From: Deinococcus radiodurans R1 = ATCC 13939 = DSM 20539
GTDB lineage: Bacteria > Deinococcota > Deinococci > Deinococcales > Deinococcaceae
Direction: 5' to 3'
Assembly (NCBI RefSeq): GCF_000008565.1
Contig: NC_001263.1
Location: 1,860,726 to 1,892,725, forward strand
DNA: 32,000 nt
The notes under the pieces were generated by a model, which was given only the letters and a program-made list of their open reading frames with translations, did not search any database and was not told where the DNA came from. Made by a program: the position numbers and the translations under genes. Shown in pieces: positions 13,680-22,226 of this stretch. Numbering within the stretch: the stretch's first letter is position 1; each line of letters opens with the position of its first letter.

Positions 13680-13906
13680 TGCGGGTGCTGTGGCAGACCG
13701 AGGCGGCAGGCTACGCGGCGCAGCTACGGGCAGGTGCCGGGCAAGCCGCCCTGGTCTGGCCGCACGGGGAGCTGCGGGCCGACACGATTGAAGAAGTCCT
13801 TGCGTTGGCGGCGGCTGATCTGCGTCTGCCGGGTGCGGTGTACGCCGAGCTCCTCGACGAACTCGACTTGCTGGCCGGCGGGCCGCCACGGGCCTGGACG
13901 CCCTGA
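13679..13906 (+). CDS. Hypothetical 75 aa protein, weakly barstar-like
   Basis: ATGA overlap with the msrA stop. [22 protein letters not shown] resembles the barstar [21 protein letters not shown] segment. Weak, by eye only. Confidence 0.4.
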   Translation: MRVLWQTEAAGYAAQLRAGAGQAALVWPHGELRADTIEEVLALAAADLRLPGAVYAELLDELDLLAGGPPRAWTP

Positions 13907-13924
13907 AAAAGCAAAAGTAGACAT

Positions 13925-13964
13925 GGCGCTGGGAGCGATTGAATCTCCCGGCGCCGTTCTTTTG
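13925..13964. terminator. Bidirectional intrinsic terminator
   Basis: 11-bp stem GGCGCTGGGAG / CTCCCGGCGCC (one G-U pair) followed by GTTCTTTT; T-rich on the other strand too. Confidence 0.6.
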
Positions 13965-13984
13965 TCCCACTCTAATGTCCCACT

Positions 13985-14740
13985 CTAAAACAGAGTGCCC
14001 TCCACCAGGTGCAGCAACTCCCGCCGCACCTGCGCCGCGTCGTGGGGGCGGGCCGTGCGGTCGGGGTCGAGCAGGTGGTCTTGCAGGCGGACGAGGGGGT
14101 CGGCCAACTGGGGCGCGGGCTCGCCGGGTTCGGGCAACTGACCGTGCAGGCCCCAGAACAGCAGCACGCCCACGCTGTAGAGGTCACTTTCCGGCCCCTG
14201 CCTCTCGCCCCGGCTCGCCTCGGGGCTCTGGAAGGCGGGGGTGCCGATGCGGACAGCGCCCCCCGGGTCTTCACCGAGCGGGCCGCTGAGGTCGTAGTCC
14301 ACCAGTTTGGCGCTGCCATCTTCCTCCACGACGATGTTGTCGGGCTTCACGTCGCGGTGCAGGACGCCGCGCTCATGCAGGTAGGCGAGGGCCTCCAGCA
14401 GATGCACCAACGTCAGCAGGTACGCCTGCCGCTCCCGTTGCAGGGCCGGGCGGCGCCGGTAACGCTCGAACAGGACTGCGCCCCGCGCATAGGCCATCAG
14501 CAGGGCCGGCTGGGCGCCAATCCGCTCCTGCCCGAGCACCGGGGCCAGCCGGGGGTGCAGCAGCCCGGCGCCATGCTCGTATTCCCGCGCGGCAAAGGCC
14601 GACAGCTCCGGCGGAAAGAGCTTGACCGCCCGCACCTGCCCGCGCCCCGTCACCGCCAGATACACCACGCTGTGCGAGCCATGACCGAGCACCCGGACCA
14701 ACCGGGTACCGTTGCCGAGAAGCTGTCCAGCGAGCGTCAC
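13985..14740 (-). CDS. Ser/Thr protein kinase, catalytic domain only
   Basis: 251 aa; G-loop [15 protein letters not shown] lysine, [11 protein letters not shown] catalytic loop, DYD in place of [12 protein letters not shown]; GTG start. Confidence 0.85.
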   Translation of the reverse strand: MTLAGQLLGNGTRLVRVLGHGSHSVVYLAVTGRGQVRAVKLFPPELSAFAAREYEHGAGLLHPRLAPVLGQERIGAQPALLMAYARGAVLFERYRRRPALQRERQAYLLTLVHLLEALAYLHERGVLHRDVKPDNIVVEEDGSAKLVDYDLSGPLGEDPGGAVRIGTPAFQSPEASRGERQGPESDLYSVGVLLFWGLHGQLPEPGEPAPQLADPLVRLQDHLLDPDRTARPHDAAQVRRELLHLVEGTLF

Positions 14741-14748
14741 TGAACCTC

Positions 14749-14754
14749 AGGCTA
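14749..14754 (-). promoter_or_regulatory. -10 box TAGCCT upstream of the kinase gene
   Basis: TAGCCT-N8-GTG(14740); a GAGG lies 4 nt before the GTG, so a short leader is also possible. Confidence 0.3.
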
Positions 14755-14814
14755 TCCCGCCGCCGCTGAGGGCAGATGGGGCAGGGATGAAGTTCAGAAT
14801 GTTTCTGCCGGGGG

Positions 14815-15828
14815 TCAGTCCTCTTCCCGGTCGTCGGCTTCCCAATCGCCAGCTTCTGGGCTGTCTGCCGCTCCAGTGTCGTCCCAGTCGTCTAGCACAG
14901 TGCGGCGCGGGGCGGGCGCTTCCCGCTCGGCGCGCAGGTGCTCCTCTGTTTCTTCGCCGGCCAGCACCGCCTGGGCGCGGGCCAGCACCGACAGGTCGCC
15001 CGCTTGCAGGCCGTAACGCTCGGCGAGGTACGCCGCCACCCACGCGCCGAAATACCACAGTGCGAGCTGCCCGGCGTAGGCGCTCTCGGTGTCGCCGGGG
15101 ACAGGCAGATGCACCACCTCGTCGATGCGCGTTTCGAGCACCTCGCGGCTCAGTTCCAGCGCGGGGTCGAGGTCGCCGAGCAGCAGGGCAATGCGCCCGT
15201 CGCCGTGCTCGTGCTGCGCCTCGAACGCCCCGGTCACGACGGGCAGCGGGTCGCCGGACAGCGGCACAGCGAGCGTCTTGCCGATGCGCGCCAGCAACTG
15301 TTGCCACGCCTGCGGCAGCGCCTCCGCATCGGGCGCGGCGAGCAGGAGTGGGGCGCGTCCCCACAGGCTCCAGGCGAGCGTACGCGCCGGGTTGTCGTCG
15401 CCCGCCTCCGGGCCGCAGCGTCGGGCGAGGTCGGCGAGCAGTCGCTCGGCTTCCTGCGCGTCCCCGGCGTGCCCGGTGGCGTAGGCAAGCGCCTGGGCGA
15501 AGTGGTAGGTGGAGAGCGCCCCGCCGGGCACGAGCACGTCCACCTCGCCCGCCGCGCCGCCGGTCGTCACGCGCCGCACCGCCGCGCCCGCCACCTCGGC
15601 CAGTTCAGCGTAGGTGCGCGCCGCGTCTTGCCCGTCGGGGCTGAACAGCACGAACTGGGTGCCGGTGCGGGTGAAGTTGCCGGCCACGCCGGGGAGCGCG
15701 CTCGCGAGCTGGGCGGCCAGGGTGCCTTCGCCCACGCCCACCACCGCGTGGGGGCCGGGTTCGGGGCGCTGGGGGCCGGCGTAACTGCCGGGGAGGCGGG
15801 AGAGGAGGGCGAGGACATCGGTGCTCAT
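14815..15828 (-). CDS. Hypothetical protein, distantly SIS / bifunctional PGI-PMI C-terminal-domain-like, with acidic tail
   Basis: Track ORF trimmed to ATG 15828 (MSTDVLALLSRLPG...) because the upstream codons read into repeat DNA and TACACT-N6 precedes this ATG. Family call is tentative. C-terminus DDWDDTGAADSPEAGDWEADDREED. Confidence 0.55.
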   Translation of the reverse strand: MSTDVLALLSRLPGSYAGPQRPEPGPHAVVGVGEGTLAAQLASALPGVAGNFTRTGTQFVLFSPDGQDAARTYAELAEVAGAAVRRVTTGGAAGEVDVLVPGGALSTYHFAQALAYATGHAGDAQEAERLLADLARRCGPEAGDDNPARTLAWSLWGRAPLLLAAPDAEALPQAWQQLLARIGKTLAVPLSGDPLPVVTGAFEAQHEHGDGRIALLLGDLDPALELSREVLETRIDEVVHLPVPGDTESAYAGQLALWYFGAWVAAYLAERYGLQAGDLSVLARAQAVLAGEETEEHLRAEREAPAPRRTVLDDWDDTGAADSPEAGDWEADDREED

Positions 15829-15834
15829 GGGGGA

Positions 15835-15840
15835 AGTGTA
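15835..15840 (-). promoter_or_regulatory. -10 box TACACT, leaderless type
   Basis: TACACT-N6-ATG(15828). Confidence 0.4.
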
Positions 15841-15841
15841 C

Positions 15842-15867
15842 GGGGTGCGGGGCGGGGGGTTTGGGGG
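15842..15867 (+). other. Canonical G-quadruplex motif
   Basis: GGGG-TGC-GGGG-C-GGGGGG-TTT-GGGGG. Four G-tracts of at least 4 with loops of 1-3 nt, covering the spacer and -35 position of the promoter at 15835. Confidence 0.6.
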
Positions 15868-15885
15868 CAGGTGGAGGTTTGAGGA

Positions 15886-16135
15886 GCTGAGAGCTTTGGC
15901 TTCAGCTTCTAGCCCCAACCCCAAACCCCTCTCCCCAGAGGGGACAGGGGCTTTGACGCTGGCGCTGTGCAAATGGCGGTGATGGCGCTTGACGGGCGGT
16001 GTTCCTCAAGTGCATAGGTTGGTCTGGACGCTGGTAATTTCTGCGGACGTGAGGCCCGTGCGCTTTCAGCGCCCGACGGCCTTTGCGTTCTGCGTTTCAC
16101 GGTTTTTCGTGGGTGGGTAAAAAAGGCCAAAGCCA
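15886..16135 (+). repeat. Mosaic small noncoding repeat, family B, left copy
   Basis: Modules T (15913..15960), Y (16021..16063) and X (16092..16117). About 80% identical to the reverse complement of the right copy in modules T and Y. Confidence 0.75.
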
Positions 16136-16146
16136 AGGCGTTTTTT

Positions 16147-16230
16147 GACCCTCTCCCGCAGGGGGAGAGGGCCTTTGCGAAGCAAAGGGGTGAGGGGGCG
16201 TCCAGACCAGTCCCAACGAAAAACCATTCC
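16147..16230. repeat. Family B truncated central copy with two perfect hairpins
   Basis: CCCTCTCCC-gcagg-GGGAGAGGG (16149..16171) and CCTTTGC-gaa-GCAAAGG (16172..16188), then CGTCCAGACC (start of module Y, reverse complement) and an X-like segment. Confidence 0.65.
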
Positions 16231-16259
16231 ATCAAACACTGCGGAGGCTCAGAAAGGGG

Positions 16260-16512
16260 ATGCCGCAGCAGATATCCCCTACAACCCCACCACACCACCG
16301 CCCGCTGCCACAGGGCCGTCGTGCACGCAGTGCGCGGGCTTCGCGTCCGCAGAAATCACGAACGTCCAGACCCGCCAGAAACCGTAAAACGCTGAGCGGC
16401 AGGCGCAACCTCCGCCCAACGCCAGTCCTCAGCGGAGCGTTGAAGCCCCTGTCCCTTTGGGGTAGGGGGTTGGGGGTGGGGCAAAGAGCTAAAGCTTACG
16501 CTCTAACCCCTT
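16260..16512 (-). repeat. Mosaic small noncoding repeat, family B, right copy (inverted)
   Basis: Y (16332..16372), X (16373..16392) and T (16436..16481) in reverse orientation, mirror-symmetric to the left copy about position 16197. Confidence 0.75.
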
Positions 16513-16534
16513 CCTGAAAGCCACGACATGCCTT

Positions 16535-18802
16535 TCAAGGCAAAGGCCACCGCACCGTTCCCACCTGATCGGTCCGCCATACCTTCGCCCCGGCAGCGGC
16601 TATTCGGTCGAGCACCGCCTGTGTCGGGTGTCCGTAAGTGTTGCGTCCCACGCTGATAAGCACGTCTTTCGGCTTCGTCTGCTTGAGGAGGACTTCGCCG
16701 GTGCTGTAGCGGCTGCCGTGGTGCGCGGCCTTGAGCAGCGTGAGGTGACCGGGGCCAATCAGGGCCTCGGCGGGGTCGGGCAAGTCACCGAGCAAGGCGG
16801 CACGGAATGGTCCGTCCTCGACCCGCAGCGCCACCGAGTTGTCGTTGTCAGCAGTGGACCAGACGTTGCCGACAGGCCACAGAGCCGTCACTTTGACCGG
16901 TCCCGCCGTCACCTGGTCGCCCCGCCGAATCTGGCGCACCGGGACATTTCTTTCACGGGCAGCGGTCAGCACGGCGTCGAGCACCGGGTCGTCGCCCGCC
17001 TTTTTGAGCTGGCCCACCCACAACTCGCCCACCGGAAGACCGCGCAGGACGCTGGAAAGGCCCTCGATGTGGTCGGTGTCGGCGTGCGTCGCCACCACCA
17101 CGTCCAGCTTCCGCACCCCGAGAGCCCGCAAAGCCGGCAACACGGTGCCCCGGCCCACGTCGTAGTCGCTGCCGACCGAGCCGCCGCCGTCCACGAGCAT
17201 CGTCAGGCCCGGCACCCGCAGCAGGGTGGCGTCGCCCTGGCCCACGTCCAGAAAGACCAGTTCGCGGGCGGGGCGCAACTGGGCCGGCAGCCAGGACAGC
17301 GCGGCGCAGGCGAGGGCAATGGTCAACGCGGCTTGCCCCCGCACCCGCCCGAGCAGCCAACCCATCCCCGCAACAGCGGCGAGCGCGTAGGCAAGAAAGC
17401 CGCCCGCGCCGAGCGTGCCCCAGCCCAGCACCGGGGCACTGCCGAAAGTCTGCGCGACCCACAGCAGAGCAGAAGCGAGCGGCGCCACGGCCCAGTTCAC
17501 CAGCCCGCCTGCCGGGCCGAGCAGCCCCGCGAGGAAGCCGAGCGGCACCAGCACCGCCATGATGGGCGCGGCGAGCAGGTTGGCGGGCAAGCCCACCAGC
17601 GGCAGTTGCCCGAAATTGTGCGCGATGACTGGCAGGGTGGCGAGTTCGGCGAGCACGGTGGCCGCGAGCGCGAGCTTGAGCCACTGCGGCCAGCGCTGCG
17701 GCAGCCGGTCGGCCAGTTTGCCCGAGAGCAGCAGGCCGAGGACCGCCAGAAAGGAAAGCTGAAACCCCACGTCCAGCAGCCACAGCGGAAACAACAGCAG
17801 GCAGGCACTCGCTGTCAGCGCCACGATGCCCAACGGGTCGGGCCGCCCCCGGCCCACCATCAGCGCGAGCAGGGCCACACCGCCCATCAGCACGGCGCGG
17901 GTGATGCTCGGTGTGGCGCCGACGAGGAGCAGCAGGTAAAAGGGCAGCAGCGCGGCGGGCAGGCCATAGCGCCAGCTGGGCCGCGCCCCCAGCCACCCGA
18001 GCAGCCAGATCAATGTGCCAGTCAGCAGCGCCACGTTCTGCCCGCTCAACGCCATCAGGTGCGCGAGCCCAGCGCGGGCAAAGGCGTCGCGCACCGAGAA
18101 GCCCTCATCAAACGTTTCGCGTCCGATGTCACCGCGCTCGCCGAGTTCCACCGCCGTCATCAGGGCAGCGTTGCGGGGCGAGAGATGGGCACTCAGGCCC
18201 CGACGAAACCAGCCGCGCAGGCCACGTTCCGGGACATGCTTTTTGACCTCGGCACGCACCAGCACGGCTTTCGGCGTGGGCACCAGAAGCCCGCCTTGCG
18301 AGCGCAGCCACGCCGCCTGGTCAAAGCCGCCGGGAATACGCCGGCCATCGGGGCGAATCAGCCGCCCGGCCACCACCACTTCGCCCGGCCCTTGCCTCGG
18401 TTTGGGAGCGAGGGCCACCCGCGCTTTCGGCTCGTCCAGCGTCAGAAATTGCCCGTCCCAGTGGCCGCGCAGGGTCACGAGGGCACCTATCCAGGGGGCG
18501 ATGCGGTCCGGCTCGCGGGCCTGCAAGTGCGCCGAGCCGTACCCCAGTCCTCCACCGAGCAGCGCGAGCACCGCCAGCAGCGGGCGGGCGTCCAGCAGGG
18601 CCAACGCTGCACCGAGCAGCAGCGGCACGGCGGCCCACCCCAGCCCGAGCTGCCACCCGATGCCGCCGATGATGCCGAGCGCGAGGGGGAGCGGCCACGC
18701 CAGCCGCCCGGCCTCGGCGCGGTGACCCCGACGGCGGGCAGGGGCAGTCAGCACCTCACCCGTTTGCGGGTCGAAGCGGGTCGCCCCTTCACGAGTCACC
18801 AT
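16535..18802 (-). CDS. comEC: DNA internalization competence protein ComEC/Rec2
   Basis: 755 aa; polytopic competence domain plus C-terminal metallo-beta-lactamase domain ([13 protein letters not shown]...AAHHGS); start overlaps the comEA stop. Confidence 0.95.
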   Translation of the reverse strand: MVTREGATRFDPQTGEVLTAPARRRGHRAEAGRLAWPLPLALGIIGGIGWQLGLGWAAVPLLLGAALALLDARPLLAVLALLGGGLGYGSAHLQAREPDRIAPWIGALVTLRGHWDGQFLTLDEPKARVALAPKPRQGPGEVVVAGRLIRPDGRRIPGGFDQAAWLRSQGGLLVPTPKAVLVRAEVKKHVPERGLRGWFRRGLSAHLSPRNAALMTAVELGERGDIGRETFDEGFSVRDAFARAGLAHLMALSGQNVALLTGTLIWLLGWLGARPSWRYGLPAALLPFYLLLLVGATPSITRAVLMGGVALLALMVGRGRPDPLGIVALTASACLLLFPLWLLDVGFQLSFLAVLGLLLSGKLADRLPQRWPQWLKLALAATVLAELATLPVIAHNFGQLPLVGLPANLLAAPIMAVLVPLGFLAGLLGPAGGLVNWAVAPLASALLWVAQTFGSAPVLGWGTLGAGGFLAYALAAVAGMGWLLGRVRGQAALTIALACAALSWLPAQLRPARELVFLDVGQGDATLLRVPGLTMLVDGGGSVGSDYDVGRGTVLPALRALGVRKLDVVVATHADTDHIEGLSSVLRGLPVGELWVGQLKKAGDDPVLDAVLTAARERNVPVRQIRRGDQVTAGPVKVTALWPVGNVWSTADNDNSVALRVEDGPFRAALLGDLPDPAEALIGPGHLTLLKAAHHGSRYSTGEVLLKQTKPKDVLISVGRNTYGHPTQAVLDRIAAAGAKVWRTDQVGTVRWPLP

Positions 18803-19176
18803 TTCACCAGCGGCGTCAGCGTGCGGAGGGTCGCTTCGCCCACGCCTTTCACGCGGTCCAGGTCAGCGAGCGAGTGGTAGGGCCGCCCGGCGATAATTTT
18901 CTTCGCCATCGCCGGGCCGACTTTGGGAAGGGCTTCGAGCTGCTCCTGACTCGCCGTGTTCAGGTTCACCCGCCCGCTGATGAGGGGCGTGACGCTCGCA
19001 GTGGTCGGGTAAGTCCGCGGCTCGGCGTTCGCGTCGGCCTGAACGGGCGGCAGCGCCGTGCGCGTCACCGTCGGCAGCTGCGGGCGCGGCAGCAGCGCGG
19101 GGCCGAGGGTCAGGCCGCCGACGAGCAAAGCGCCCGCCGCCAGCGCCACCTGCCAGAGCCGTTCGTGAGGGAGCAT
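18796..19176 (-). CDS. comEA: Competence protein ComEA (helix-hairpin-helix DNA receptor)
   Basis: 126 aa; N-terminal TM anchor; [30 protein letters not shown]...[12 protein letters not shown] (HhH motifs). Confidence 0.9.
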   Translation of the reverse strand: MLPHERLWQVALAAGALLVGGLTLGPALLPRPQLPTVTRTALPPVQADANAEPRTYPTTASVTPLISGRVNLNTASQEQLEALPKVGPAMAKKIIAGRPYHSLADLDRVKGVGEATLRTLTPLVKW

Positions 19177-19183
19177 GTGGCCC

Positions 19184-19189
19184 AGGGTA
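19184..19189 (-). promoter_or_regulatory. -10 box TACCCT, leaderless type (comEA)
   Basis: TACCCT-N7-ATG(19176). Confidence 0.35.
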
Positions 19190-19261
19190 AAGAGGGCGGT
19201 CTTTCAGGAGGCTCACTCGCGAGCTGTCCATGTGCCCTGCCGTTCCTGCGCCCGGCCCCGC

Positions 19262-19391
19262 TAGAGCATTTGACAAAAAGATGGCTCAGCTTTTTGGCGA
19301 GCGGAGCGAGTACAAAATAAGGAGCAGGGCGATGAATGGAGCGGGTGGCGGTGCTGCTGCCGACGCACGCGTAATTCGGAGAACTGCTCTA
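19262..19391 (+). repeat. MITE-like small noncoding repeat, family A, copy 3 (130 bp)
   Basis: Same termini and flanking modules as copy 1; lacks 21 nt of the central module; lies in the comEA/gatA divergent region. Confidence 0.85.
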
Positions 19392-19395
19392 GACT
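19390..19395 (+). promoter_or_regulatory. -10-like TAGACT spanning the repeat/flank junction (gatA)
   Basis: TAGACT-N10-ATG(19406); the TA belongs to the repeat terminus. Confidence 0.3.
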
Positions 19396-19405
19396 GCCCG
19401 GCGAT

Positions 19406-20854
19406 ATGGCCGCTTTTCAGACCGCCGCCCAGCTCGCCCGCGCCGTACAGAGCGGTGAGACCACCCCCCAGCAGCTCCTGCACGGTGCCCTGGCCCGCGC
19501 CGAAGCCGTGCGTGGCCTCAACGCCCTAGTCAGCTTGAATAGCCACGCCGAGGAGCAGGCCGCCGCCGTGCAGGGCCGCATGCAGGCCGGCGAAACCCTG
19601 CCGCTGGCGGGCGTGCCCATCGTCGTCAAGGACAACATCAACGTGACCGGCACCCGCACCACCTGCGGCAGCCGGATGCTGGCGAACTATGTCAGCCCCT
19701 ACACCGCCACTGCCGCGCAGAAACTGCAAGGCGCGGGCGCAGTCATCGTCGGCAAAGCCAACATGGACGAGTTCGCCATGGGCTCGAGCACCGAGAGCAG
19801 CGCGAGCGGCCCCACCCTCAACCCCTGGGACCACGAGCGGGTGCCCGGCGGCTCCTCGGGCGGGAGCGCGGTGGCGGTGGCGGCGGGCATCTCGCCGGTC
19901 AGCCTCGGCAGCGACACCGGCGGCTCGGTGCGGCAGCCGGCGGCGCTGTGCGGCGTATACGGCTTCAAGCCGACCTATGGCCGCGTCAGCCGCTACGGGC
20001 TGGTGGCCTACGCGAGCAGCCTCGACCAGATCGGCCCCTTTGCCCGCTCGGCGGAAGACCTTGCCCTGCTGATGAACGTGATTGCCGGACACGACCCGCG
20101 TGACGCGACCAGCTTGGACGCCCCCGCCCGGTTCGCGGTGGGCGGCGCCGACAGCCTGCGCGGGCTGCGGGTCGGTGTCATCCGCGAATCGCTCGGCGGC
20201 AACACCCCCGGCGTGGAAGCTGCGCTGGGCGCCACTCTCGACGCTCTGCGCGGCGCGGGCGCAGTAGTGGGCGAGGTCAGCATTCCCGAGCTGGAGTACG
20301 CCATCGCCGCCTATTACCTCATCGCCATGCCGGAAGCGAGCAGCAACCTCGCCCGCTACGACGGCATGGTCTACGGCGAACGCGTCCCCGGCGGCGACGT
20401 GACCCGCAGCATGACCCTGACCCGCGAGCAGGGCTTCGGTCAGGAAGTGCAGCGGCGCATTCTTCTGGGCACCTACGCGCTTTCCAGCGGCTACTACGAC
20501 GCCTACTACGCCAAAGCGATGAAAGTCCGGCGCCTGATTGCCGACGAGTTCACCACAGCTTTCGGGCAGTACGACGTGCTGGTCACGCCCACCAGCCCCT
20601 TTCCCGCCTTCCGGCGCGGCGAGAAGGCGAGCGATCCCCTCGCCATGTACGCCGCCGACGTGGACACCGTGGCGGTCAACCTCGCCGGGCTGCCCGCCCT
20701 GAGCGTGCCCGCCGGATTTGAAGAGGTGGACGGCAAGCGCCTGCCGGTGGGCGTGCAGTTCATCGCCCCCGCCCTGCAAGACGAGCGGCTGCTGGCCCTG
20801 GCCGGCGCGCTCGAAGCGGTGGGCGCCGTGCAACTGGAAATGCCGCAGGACTGA
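19406..20854 (+). CDS. gatA: Asp-tRNA(Asn)/Glu-tRNA(Gln) amidotransferase subunit A
   Basis: 482 aa; amidase signature GGSSGGSAVAVAAG...GSDTGGSVRQPAA. Confidence 0.97.
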   Translation: MAAFQTAAQLARAVQSGETTPQQLLHGALARAEAVRGLNALVSLNSHAEEQAAAVQGRMQAGETLPLAGVPIVVKDNINVTGTRTTCGSRMLANYVSPYTATAAQKLQGAGAVIVGKANMDEFAMGSSTESSASGPTLNPWDHERVPGGSSGGSAVAVAAGISPVSLGSDTGGSVRQPAALCGVYGFKPTYGRVSRYGLVAYASSLDQIGPFARSAEDLALLMNVIAGHDPRDATSLDAPARFAVGGADSLRGLRVGVIRESLGGNTPGVEAALGATLDALRGAGAVVGEVSIPELEYAIAAYYLIAMPEASSNLARYDGMVYGERVPGGDVTRSMTLTREQGFGQEVQRRILLGTYALSSGYYDAYYAKAMKVRRLIADEFTTAFGQYDVLVTPTSPFPAFRRGEKASDPLAMYAADVDTVAVNLAGLPALSVPAGFEEVDGKRLPVGVQFIAPALQDERLLALAGALEAVGAVQLEMPQD

Positions 20855-20866
20855 GCCAGACGAGAA

Positions 20867-20903
20867 GGGCCGGACACCTGTTGCAGTGTCCGGCCCTCTT
20901 TCG
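20867..20903. terminator. Bidirectional intrinsic terminator (gatA / ohr)
   Basis: Perfect 11-bp stem GGGCCGGACAC / GTGTCCGGCCC with an 8-nt loop, followed by TCTTTCGT. Confidence 0.7.
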
Positions 20904-20911
20904 TCGGTGTC

Positions 20912-21331
20912 TTATTCGCGGACTTTGAGTCGCACGTCCACGTTGTTGCGGGTCGCCGCGCTGTAGGGGCAGACCTCGTGGGCGGCGTGCATCAGGCCCT
21001 CGGCCTGCTCGCGCGACAGGCCCGGGAAATGCCCTTCGAGTTCCACGTCGAGCGCGAACGCCAGGCCCGCCTTTTGCAGGCCCACGCGGGCGGTGATGGT
21101 GGAGTCGGCGGGCACGTCGATCTTCTGGCGGCGGGACACCACGCCCAGCGCACCCTGAAAGCAGGCGGCGTAGCCAGCGGCGAAGAGCTGCTCGGGGTTG
21201 GTGCCGGGGCCGCCGTCGCCGCCCATCTCGGCGGGCACGCTCAGGTCCAGGTTGAGGCGGTCGTCACTGCTGCGGGTCGTTCCGGCGCGGCCCCCCGTGG
21301 CGGTTGCTTCGGCGGTATACACGTTTGCCAT
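20912..21331 (-). CDS. ohr: Organic hydroperoxide resistance protein (Ohr/OsmC family)
   Basis: 139 aa; the two conserved Cys contexts GYAACF and HEVCPYS. Confidence 0.95.
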   Translation of the reverse strand: MANVYTAEATATGGRAGTTRSSDDRLNLDLSVPAEMGGDGGPGTNPEQLFAAGYAACFQGALGVVSRRQKIDVPADSTITARVGLQKAGLAFALDVELEGHFPGLSREQAEGLMHAAHEVCPYSAATRNNVDVRLKVRE

Positions 21332-21337
21332 ACCCGG

Positions 21338-21343
21338 AGTATT
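21338..21343 (-). promoter_or_regulatory. -10 box AATACT, leaderless type (ohr)
   Basis: AATACT-N6-ATG(21331). Confidence 0.35.
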
Positions 21344-21423
21344 CCCTCGCCCGCATCAGTTGAAAGTGAGACGGACCTGAATCCAAACCTGGGGCGGCCC
21401 GACCCCGCCGTCAGGGAGGAGGG

Positions 21424-21429
21424 TACACT
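21424..21429 (+). promoter_or_regulatory. -10 box TACACT, leaderless type (TSUP gene)
   Basis: TACACT-N7-GTG(21437). Confidence 0.35.
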
Positions 21430-21436
21430 GCCCCCC

Positions 21437-22189
<753 letters not shown>

Positions 22190-22226
22190 ACTTATGGCCC
22201 GCTGAGCTGGGCGAGTAGGTCAGCAC

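Noticed and set aside
13963-13997. Tandem 12-mer TGTCCCACTCTA-A-TGTCCCACTCTA overlapping the kinase stop codon, plus a 6-bp hairpin CACTCT/AGAGTG
   Set aside because: There are only two units, and it is too short to distinguish from chance or a slippage duplication. The shared TAGAG with the family A repeat terminus does not extend further.
15886-16512. Possible CRISPR array, because of the repeated sequences
   Set aside because: There is no regularly spaced short direct repeat. The repeats are long, diverged, inverted and mosaic, and no cas genes are in the window.
15909-16517. ORFs of 129, 80 and 85 aa inside the comEC-downstream spacer
   Set aside because: They are mirror translations of the inverted repeat copies (for example SARASRPQK appears in both), with no start-site signature. 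I interpret them as repeat DNA rather than genes.
20978-21436. 5' part of the 403-aa track ORF preceding the TSUP gene
   Set aside because: This portion is antisense to the well-supported ohr gene and has no membrane or TSUP features. The TSUP homology begins at about 21437, where TACACT-N7-GTG is found.
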